Part shown: positions 54,597-61,586 of the stretch, one piece after another
Position numbering within the stretch: position 1 is the stretch's first letter
Layout of the letters: the number at the start of each line of letters is the position of its first letter
Program-made: the position numbers and the translations under genes
The notes under the pieces: generated by a model
Seen by the model: the letters and a program-made list of their open reading frames with translations, nothing else
Database searches by the model: none
Told to the model about the DNA's origin: nothing
Assembly (NCBI GenBank): GCA_017552705.1
Contig: JAFZOY010000156.1
Coordinates: 7,319-71,318 of the forward strand
Reading direction: 5' to 3'
DNA length: 64,000 nt
DNA from: Bacteroidales bacterium
GTDB lineage: Bacteria; Bacteroidota; Bacteroidia; Bacteroidales; UBA1715

Positions 54597-55814
54597 ATGA
54601 CTCAGCAAGATTACATGGACAGAGAGCTTAAGTATGGTGCTCACAACTACCATCCACTCCCTGTAGTTTTGGCGAAAGGCGAAGGTGTATATGTATGGGA
54701 CACCGACGGCAAACGCTATTATGATTACCTGTCTGCATATTCAGCAGTGAACCAAGGACATTGCCATCCAAAAATCGTAAAGGCAATGGTTGACCAAGCA
54801 CAAAAGATTTCCCTTACTTCACGTGCATTTTTCAACGATACACTTGGTGAATATGAAGAATTTGCAACTAAATTTTTCGGTTACGACAAATTGTTGCCGA
54901 TGAACACTGGTGCCGAAGGTGACGAAACTGCATTGAAACTTGCTCGTCGTTGGGGTGTTGTAAAGAAAGGTATTCCAAACGATGAAGTAAAAATCATCTG
55001 CTGCGAAGGAAATTTCCACGGAAGAACTATTTCTATCATTTCAATGTCAATCGACCCTGAATCGTATGCAAACTACGGACCTCTTACTCCTGGTTTCATC
55101 AAGGTTCCTTACGATGATGTTGACGCACTTGCAAAAGTTCTTGAAAAAGAAGGCGACAAAGTTGCCGGTTTCTTGGTAGAACCTATTCAAGGTGAAGCTG
55201 GTGTATATGTTCCTCACGATGGTTATTTGAAAAAATGCTACGATTTGTGTAAGAAACACAACGTACTTTTCATTGCCGACGAAGTTCAGACTGGTTTGGC
55301 TCGTACTGGTAAAATGCTTTGCTGCGACCACGAAGGCGTTCGTCCTGACATTCTTATCTTGGGTAAGGCAATCAGTGGCGGTATGTTGCCTGTTTCGGCA
55401 GTATTGGCTGACGACGACATCATGTTGAACATCAAACCGGGCGAACACGGTTCAACTTACGGAGGAAATCCAATTGCAGCAAAAGTTGCTATTGCGGCTC
55501 TTTCTGTTTTGAAAGACGAAAAATTGGCTGAAAACGCTGAACGTCTTGGAAAAATCTTCCGTGACGAATTGAATTCTTTCCAACACCCAATGAAGAAATT
55601 GGTTCGTGGTAAAGGTTTGTTGAACGCTGTGATTATTGAACCACACAATGGAAAGAAAGCATGGGATTTCTGCTTGGCTTTGCGTGACAATGGTTTGTTG
55701 GCAAAACCAACTCACGAACATATTATCCGTTTTGCTCCACCGCTTGTTATCAACGAGGAACAACTTTGCGATAGTATCGAAATTATCAAGAAAACATTCA
55801 AACAATTTGAATAA
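54597..55814 (+). CDS. rocD: ornithine--oxo-acid aminotransferase
   Basis: [58 protein letters not shown] (PLP Lys). Confidence 0.9.
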   Translation: MTQQDYMDRELKYGAHNYHPLPVVLAKGEGVYVWDTDGKRYYDYLSAYSAVNQGHCHPKIVKAMVDQAQKISLTSRAFFNDTLGEYEEFATKFFGYDKLLPMNTGAEGDETALKLARRWGVVKKGIPNDEVKIICCEGNFHGRTISIISMSIDPESYANYGPLTPGFIKVPYDDVDALAKVLEKEGDKVAGFLVEPIQGEAGVYVPHDGYLKKCYDLCKKHNVLFIADEVQTGLARTGKMLCCDHEGVRPDILILGKAISGGMLPVSAVLADDDIMLNIKPGEHGSTYGGNPIAAKVAIAALSVLKDEKLAENAERLGKIFRDELNSFQHPMKKLVRGKGLLNAVIIEPHNGKKAWDFCLALRDNGLLAKPTHEHIIRFAPPLVINEEQLCDSIEIIKKTFKQFE

Positions 55815-55846
55815 AAAAAAGAGGGTTGCAAAACCCTCTTTTTTTT
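55813..55846. terminator. bidirectional rho-independent terminator between rocD and the convergent lipoprotein gene
   Basis: A-run, then agagggtt-GCAA-aaccctct (8-bp stem, tetraloop), then an 8-T run. Confidence 0.8.
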
Positions 55847-55850
55847 ATAG

Positions 55851-55932
55851 TTACTTTACCCTCTCAACCCCTTCATACGTAAAGAATTCGCCAGATTCTA
55901 TCATTTCGTTGATTTTGTCAAAATTAGGTTCT
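55851..55932. repeat. 82-bp block, copy 1: 3' end of L3, 81/82 identical to 56522-56603
   Basis: Direct comparison of the two stretches. The single difference (c/t) is synonymous. The similarity collapses immediately upstream. Confidence 0.9.
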
Positions 55933-56441
55933 CTGTGCAATGTTGAACTATCTACAATATCGCATAATTTTTCGTCTATAAACTTAAATTTGTAATATTC
56001 GACAAAGGGATTTGTATCAATTATTCTTTTCTTCATAGTTTCAAGTAATTGCAACGAATCAATTTGTCCTTCTGAAGAAAACTCTTTGCATAAATTATCA
56101 TATTCTTCAAATGTCACATCGGTATAGTTAATAATTTCTGGGGATACTACAAAAGGTATAAAATAGTAATCTTCGCTTAAACTTTGTCCTTTCCACCATT
56201 TTATATAGTTCTTGCCAACGCCACTAATATCCTTATTCAATGTGTCATTTGGATTTGGTTTAGAGAAAATATGATTTGTTTTACTCACATAAACATAGTC
56301 GGAATAATCAGCTTTTGTTTTATAAACAGAATAATACACCATTTCATCACGTTCTTTTTTTATTTTTGCGGATGTAATGTCATCCTCCCTTGCACATGAG
56401 ACTACAATTACACTTAATAATAAAATGCTTAACCTTTTCAT
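55851..56441 (-). CDS. small lipoprotein of the paralogous family (L3)
   Basis: MKRLSILLLSVIVVSC lipobox (start set to 56441). RIIDTNPFVEYY. C-terminal EPNFDKINEMIESGEFFTYEGVERVK is identical to L4. Confidence 0.75.
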   Translation of the reverse strand: MKRLSILLLSVIVVSCAREDDITSAKIKKERDEMVYYSVYKTKADYSDYVYVSKTNHIFSKPNPNDTLNKDISGVGKNYIKWWKGQSLSEDYYFIPFVVSPEIINYTDVTFEEYDNLCKEFSSEGQIDSLQLLETMKKRIIDTNPFVEYYKFKFIDEKLCDIVDSSTLHREPNFDKINEMIESGEFFTYEGVERVK

Positions 56442-56521
56442 TCTTTTCAAAATCATTAGCAAATTTGACGGAAAATCGTGATGCTTCGTGCAAACAGTGG
56501 TAATTCGTGATTATTCGAAAC

Positions 56522-56603
56522 TTACTTTACCCTCTCAACTCCTTCATACGTAAAGAATTCGCCAGATTCTATCATTTCGTTGATTTTGTCAAAATTAGGT
56601 TCC
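56522..56603. repeat. 82-bp block, copy 2: 3' end of L4
   Basis: See 55851-55932. Confidence 0.9.
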
Positions 56604-57076
56604 TGATATATGCCTTGACATAAAATCGTATCAGCTCTTGAAAATACATATATTTCTTTATAGGGGTCTTTGTCGATTATACGTGAAGCAAGCGTATCAC
56701 AAATGTCTTTTCCTTCCATAACTTTCCATATCTCCTTATATTCGCTAATAGTTATGTTAGTATAAGCGGCTGTATTCTTTTTCACTAAATTGTGTGGATC
56801 ACCAAGGACATACGTATTCAAAAAATAATCGTTTGAACATTTGGTAATATTCCTATTAGTTGAGAGAGTTTTGCAGTCACTTGAATCTGGATATGCCACA
56901 AGTTTATTCTTCTCTGCTGAATATCCTACCATAACAAAATTCTCATAATCTCCATTGAATTTATACAACAAATACCCAGAATATGGAGCTCCGTCGAAGT
57001 CGTTTTTGTTGCAAGAAATCATTGCTAATCCAAAGATTGCAACCATCAAAATTTGAAATGTGTGTATTTTTTTCAT
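56522..57076 (-). CDS. small lipoprotein of the paralogous family (L4), closest to L2
   Basis: Lipobox GLAMISC. Similar along its length to 12896-13432 (YLLYKF/MLLKFKN, VGY..., ITISEYKEIWKV/ITVEEYEDIWEV, RIIDKDPYKEIY/RVIDRDPYEELY, shared C-terminus). Confidence 0.75.
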   Translation of the reverse strand: MKKIHTFQILMVAIFGLAMISCNKNDFDGAPYSGYLLYKFNGDYENFVMVGYSAEKNKLVAYPDSSDCKTLSTNRNITKCSNDYFLNTYVLGDPHNLVKKNTAAYTNITISEYKEIWKVMEGKDICDTLASRIIDKDPYKEIYVFSRADTILCQGIYQEPNFDKINEMIESGEFFTYEGVERVK

Positions 57077-57086
57077 AATCCTAATT

Positions 57087-57123
57087 TTTAGAAAAGTAGA
57101 GACGTGCCATGGCGCGTCTCTAC
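57087..57123 (-). terminator. strong hairpin (terminator or attenuator) between the T9SS cargo gene and L4
   Basis: Minus strand: gtagagacg-N10-cgtctctac (9-bp stem) followed by ttttc. Lies 7 nt after the cargo stop and about 20 nt before the L4 ATG. Confidence 0.65.
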
Positions 57124-57129
57124 CAGAAA

Positions 57130-58734
57130 TTATCGTACCGAAATGCCTATTGTTTTTCCATCAACAACCACAAAATACACCCCAGCCTGTAGGTTTGCAT
57201 TTGCAATTTTTTGTCCGGAAATGGTTACTACGAATGCAGGAGCCTCACCGTCCACAAAAATTTTACTGTTCACAATCGTAACTGACGAAGCATTGGAAAC
57301 TTCGGAAATTGCGGTAGCACCAGTTTCTCCGCTGTTACCTGAAGCGCCTTCTTTTGTGGTAAATTCACCTTCGTATTCTTTGAGCACAATCTTATTGTTG
57401 TCAAAAGCTTTGAAGTTGTAACCATACGAAGTTCCTTCCGAAAGTCCTGTTACGGTAAACTGATATGCCAAAACATCCGATTTTAGTTCACAATCTGCCG
57501 CATCTGAAAAATCTATGTTTGCCAACTGTCCTTGTGCATTGAACGTAAGCGAACAGACTGTTTCCCCATGGTGTTTAATGGTAAGTGTGTAAGAATCAGC
57601 ACCTTCGTTGATTGGCATCGTGAAAAATGCTTCTGCTCGTTCTGCTTCAACAATTACTTCGTCGTCTGCAACTACATAGTCGTCTTCCGAGATTATTCCA
57701 TCTGGGACTTGATATTTCGGTTTATCGGTCATGTCAACAGAAATGCTGGCGTTTTCAAAATACAATGCCACAGCTTCTTCTGCAGATTCCGCCAAAATAC
57801 AATCTCCCATATATGGGAATATCATAAAACCCTCATTGTCGTATTTTATGAAATTGGTCTTATTCAACGGGAATGAAAAATGAGTGGTTACCACATCCCC
57901 ACTTTGAACATTTTCGGCAAAAGTAATTGCTTCGGACGTTGCCAGCGGAGTAGTACGAAGATTTTTATATGAATATTCCGCCATCATGTATGAGATTTTT
58001 TCCATATCGGCAAGAGCTTTCCCTGTAAACGAAACGTTTACGAAAGCAGACGAATACACATCGTCAAAAGTTAGTTTGCTTTTAGTAGCCGACTGATATT
58101 GATAGCTATCCAATCCTTCAAGTTGTTTTTCGTAGGTTGCAACCAACGGATTTTCTACATCAATTGTTTCGGAGAACAGAATGTTCATGGTTGCATCGGA
58201 AATTGTAAATGGTTCTTCAGCATTGAAGCCTTCGTCGGAAGATTTTCCTGCATAGGTGAATCCAAGGACCAGTTCTGCGGCACTCAAACCACCTTCCACT
58301 TCTTCGCCAGTAGTACTATGAGTCACATTATCCAGAAATATGGTACCTTCCAAAACAAATGGTTCCCCTTTCGTTACCTGAACTTCATTCCAATTTTGCG
58401 ACAACAATGTGAACCAACCTGCTTCTTCGCGACCGTCGGCAATTGCCATGTGTGCAAGACCTGTGTTGTTTGCAACGCCCGTGATTCTTACAAGGAACCC
58501 TTGTCCCACCTGCGGAGTCCAATCCCGACTTCCAGTGGTTGCTTCCACTGCGTCAATCAAAACGCTTCTGCAGCTCGCCTGCCACTGAACAGACGTCCAC
58601 GCATCATCATACATTCCATACGGATTGTATTTAATCTGAATTTCTTTTGCTTCAGCATTGAATTGCCAAGGATTTTGCGAAAAGGTGGCAATTCCCATCA
58701 GCGACATTGCCACAAATAACACTACTTTTTTCAT
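57130..58734 (-). CDS. secreted protein with T9SS (Por) type C-terminal sorting domain
   Basis: Signal peptide MKKVVLFVAMSLMGIATFSQ. C-terminal ...VTIVNSKIFVDGEAPAFVVTISGQKIANANLQAGVYFVVVDGKTIGISVR resembles T9SS CTDs. The N-terminal 450 aa are unrecognised. Confidence 0.6.
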   Translation of the reverse strand: MKKVVLFVAMSLMGIATFSQNPWQFNAEAKEIQIKYNPYGMYDDAWTSVQWQASCRSVLIDAVEATTGSRDWTPQVGQGFLVRITGVANNTGLAHMAIADGREEAGWFTLLSQNWNEVQVTKGEPFVLEGTIFLDNVTHSTTGEEVEGGLSAAELVLGFTYAGKSSDEGFNAEEPFTISDATMNILFSETIDVENPLVATYEKQLEGLDSYQYQSATKSKLTFDDVYSSAFVNVSFTGKALADMEKISYMMAEYSYKNLRTTPLATSEAITFAENVQSGDVVTTHFSFPLNKTNFIKYDNEGFMIFPYMGDCILAESAEEAVALYFENASISVDMTDKPKYQVPDGIISEDDYVVADDEVIVEAERAEAFFTMPINEGADSYTLTIKHHGETVCSLTFNAQGQLANIDFSDAADCELKSDVLAYQFTVTGLSEGTSYGYNFKAFDNNKIVLKEYEGEFTTKEGASGNSGETGATAISEVSNASSVTIVNSKIFVDGEAPAFVVTISGQKIANANLQAGVYFVVVDGKTIGISVR

Positions 58735-58791
58735 ACCACTCTGTTTTTATAAGTTACTACTATACAATAATTTACTAATTTCGTCAATATA

Positions 58792-58799
58792 CAAAGATA
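58792..58799 (-). promoter_or_regulatory. -7 box (TAtcTTTG on minus strand) upstream of the T9SS cargo gene
   Basis: Reverse complement of caaagata, 57 nt before the ATG at 58734. Confidence 0.35.
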
Positions 58800-58841
58800 C
58801 ACTTTCTTTTCTTGTTTTGCCTATATAGTCTGGAAAATATT

Positions 58842-58854
58842 AAAAGACTGCACG
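58842..58854 (-). promoter_or_regulatory. shared motif, copy 1 (minus strand CGTGCAGTCTTTT) upstream of the cargo gene
   Basis: Perfect 13-mer also at 60446-60458. Downstream similarity continues (ATTTTC..GACTA). Confidence 0.4.
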
Positions 58855-58855
58855 C

Positions 58856-60412
58856 CTACCAAATAAATTTTATTCCCAATGGTAATGAAAAAGCAAACGG
58901 ATGTTTAATCTTGTCAGACGTAGAAATATAATATTTCACACTTGGTTCCGTATAGATGCCAATGTGCTTTGTAATATTGCATTGAACACCCAAACCAGCA
59001 CTTGGGAACCACAGCCATGGCGCACGCGGTGCAGTTAAATCGAGTTTTTCCGCCTCGCTGCGGGTAACGCCACTCACGTAAACTTGAGAATAGACTGGAA
59101 TTCCCATTGTAATGCCAAGATTTCCATAGAGACTCCAGCGTTTGCCTGAAGCCATAGTATAAATACCTTTTATTGGCAAACCAAGATAATGGGAAACATC
59201 TGTTGGTTTGTAGGAGCAATAGTTTCTATAAATCCGTCTCATTTCGGAAACCCGTCGAATGTAATTTACCCCCGACTCCAATGCGAATCGCCTGCTCTGT
59301 TTATAGCGGAACGACAGTGCCAATGTGATAGGCTTGATATCATATTGCAGTATTTCCTCACTTGCATTTGATGCATTGCCTTGAACACTTGCGTCTTCGG
59401 CCCCCATACCCATGTCAATCGTCTGTTCGGCAACACCTCCTGTATATGCAAAACCTACCGCCCATAGTTGATTGGTATTGGTTTTTGGATTGATTTTCTC
59501 AGGGAATAGGTTGGCACGGTCGTAATACGGTGTTTCAGCCATTTTCTGGATAAATTGGATTGTATCGGAAGGTTGTCCGTTGAGCAATGTGTCGGCTGTG
59601 GTTGCATCTTGGGCTACCATAGTGGTAGAAGTGTCGATTAGTGCATAATCGGTTTTGTTGGCAACGGCGGAGCGTTGCGTATCTGCCGTGCTGTTGGTTG
59701 TTTTTTGCGTTGGTTGTTGAACAACTTCCGCTGGTTCCTGATTTTGTTCCGTAGGTTGTGTAGTCGGCGTGTCGTTATGATTTACCACGACTGGGGTTTC
59801 GCCGTCGGCAACGGAATTTTCCTTGCGGAGCAAAAGGAGCGTAATAGGAATGAGTAACAACAAAAGCACAGCCCAATATTGCTGAATCATTTTGCGGAGC
59901 AGTTTTTTCGCCCGTGCCAACTGCGACGACGACGAATGCGGCTCAATATTAAGCATTTCGGCAATCTCATTGTGCGACAACCCTTCGAACACAGCCAACC
60001 GAAACACTTTGCCATATCCTTCGGGCAATTTGTCAATCATGGCCATTAACTCGTCCATCGAGATATCTTTTATCTCCTCTTGGAATTCTTCGTCAAAGGG
60101 CGCGTTACTGCTTGTTTCGTCAAACGCCACGGTTCGATGGGCTTTTTGAAAATCTTTGTATTTCGATGCTACGTTTCTCGTTATCGACATCATCCATGCC
60201 TCGGCTTTGCTGTCGTCGCGCAATGTGTCGAGCGAAGTGAAGATAATCACAAATGAATCGTGCAGCACGTCGTTGATTGCCCGCTTGTCGGACAAATAGC
60301 GACGGCACACGCTGCTCATCCGCTTTGCGTACGACTCATATAATGCCCCGAGAGCTTCCGTATCTCCCTGCCTGCATCGTTGTATCAACCGAGTAATCTC
60401 CACCGAGGTCAA
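58856..60412 (-). CDS. ECF-type sigma-70 family factor fused to a TM helix, Thr/Gln/Pro-rich linker and C-terminal beta-barrel-like domain
   Basis: Region 2 (RCRQGDTEALGALYESY..., DVLHDSFVIIF, AWMMSITRNVA). Region 4 (LPEGYGKVFRLAVFEGLSHNEIAEMLNIEPHSSSSQLARAKKLLRK). TM YWAVLLLLLIPITLLLL. C-terminal alternating strands ending FSLPLGIKFIW. Start uncertain: TTG 60412 preferred (typical ECF N-terminus, and it leaves the shared motif non-coding); ATG 60478 is the track start. Confidence 0.7.
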   Translation of the reverse strand: MTSVEITRLIQRCRQGDTEALGALYESYAKRMSSVCRRYLSDKRAINDVLHDSFVIIFTSLDTLRDDSKAEAWMMSITRNVASKYKDFQKAHRTVAFDETSSNAPFDEEFQEEIKDISMDELMAMIDKLPEGYGKVFRLAVFEGLSHNEIAEMLNIEPHSSSSQLARAKKLLRKMIQQYWAVLLLLLIPITLLLLRKENSVADGETPVVVNHNDTPTTQPTEQNQEPAEVVQQPTQKTTNSTADTQRSAVANKTDYALIDTSTTMVAQDATTADTLLNGQPSDTIQFIQKMAETPYYDRANLFPEKINPKTNTNQLWAVGFAYTGGVAEQTIDMGMGAEDASVQGNASNASEEILQYDIKPITLALSFRYKQSRRFALESGVNYIRRVSEMRRIYRNYCSYKPTDVSHYLGLPIKGIYTMASGKRWSLYGNLGITMGIPVYSQVYVSGVTRSEAEKLDLTAPRAPWLWFPSAGLGVQCNITKHIGIYTEPSVKYYISTSDKIKHPFAFSLPLGIKFIW

Positions 60413-60445
60413 AAAAATATCTGTTCCCTTAGTCCGAAAATAACA

Positions 60446-60458
60446 AAAAGACTGCACG
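60446..60458 (-). promoter_or_regulatory. shared motif, copy 2 (minus strand CGTGCAGTCTTTT) upstream of the likely true start of the sigma-fusion gene
   Basis: Same 13-mer as 58842-58854. Lies 34 nt upstream of the TTG at 60412. Confidence 0.4.
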
Positions 60459-60544
60459 ACATTTATAATTTTTTTCAAAAAAATTTTGTTCGTGGCATTA
60501 TTTCGCTAAAATGTCTTTTCTTTGCCATAAGAAAATATTTTTTT

Positions 60545-61564
60545 ATGAAAGCAAAACTGGATTACGTTTGGTTGGATGGCAGCAAACCTACTCAGGCATT
60601 GAGAAGCAAGGTGCGTGTTGCCGAAAATTTTAGTGGAAAACTTGAAGATTGTCCATTGTGGTCGTTCGATGGAAGTTCGTGCCAGCAGGCCGAGGGCGAC
60701 ACCACCGAATGTATTTTGAAACCAGTTTTCATTTGCAAAAATCCGTTGCAGATAAATGGGTATATTGTAATGAACGAAGTGCTTCGTGCCGACGGAACTC
60801 CCCATTCAACTAATGCCCGTGCGACCATCGACGACAATGGCGATGATTTCTGGTTCGGGTACGAGCAGGAATATTTTCTTATTGACTGCAACACAAACCT
60901 TCCTCTTGGATTTCCTGCCGACGGCACACAGCCTCGTCCGCAAGGCCCTTACTATTGCGGTGTGGGAGCCCGTATCGCATTTGGCCGCGAAATCGTGGAA
61001 GAACATCTTGACGCTTGTTTGGAAGCAGGTTTGAATATTGAAGGAACGAACGCCGAAGTTGCCTGCGGACAATGGGAATACCAAATTTTCGCAAAAGGTG
61101 CGAAACGTGCCGCCGACGAAATTTGGGTTGCACGCTATATAATGGATTTGATTTGCGAAAAATATAATGTATATGTGGAACTGCACCCGAAACCACTTGG
61201 CAAAGATGCCGACTGGAATGGTTCGGGAATGCACGCAAATTTCTCGAACAGCGTGATGCGCACCCGTGGCGACAAAAAGATTTTCGACGACATCTGCGAA
61301 GAATTCAGTAAACACGTGAAAGAACACATGGATGTGTATGGCGCATACAACGACCAACGTTTGACAGGCAAACACGAAACTGCCTCAATTCACGATTTCA
61401 CATGGGGAGTCGGAACCCGCGGAACATCGTTGCGTATTCCTGTAAACACAGTGGCTGCTGGTTGGAAAGGCAGAATAGAAGACCGTCGTCCAGCATCGAA
61501 CGGCGATCCATATAAAATTGGCGCCCGCATTGTAAAAACTGTGAAAGCATCGGGACATTTTTAA
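60545..61564 (+). CDS. glnA: glutamine synthetase, type II (eukaryote-like, about 339 aa)
   Basis: YVWLDGS, WSFDGSSCQQAEGDTTECILKPV, FGYEQEYFL, EGTNAEVACGQWEYQI, KPL.GDWNGSGMHANFS, GTRGTSLRIP. Start set to MKAKLDY at 60545. Confidence 0.85.
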   Translation: MKAKLDYVWLDGSKPTQALRSKVRVAENFSGKLEDCPLWSFDGSSCQQAEGDTTECILKPVFICKNPLQINGYIVMNEVLRADGTPHSTNARATIDDNGDDFWFGYEQEYFLIDCNTNLPLGFPADGTQPRPQGPYYCGVGARIAFGREIVEEHLDACLEAGLNIEGTNAEVACGQWEYQIFAKGAKRAADEIWVARYIMDLICEKYNVYVELHPKPLGKDADWNGSGMHANFSNSVMRTRGDKKIFDDICEEFSKHVKEHMDVYGAYNDQRLTGKHETASIHDFTWGVGTRGTSLRIPVNTVAAGWKGRIEDRRPASNGDPYKIGARIVKTVKASGHF

Positions 61565-61586
61565 TCACGCACTAAAACAGCCGACA

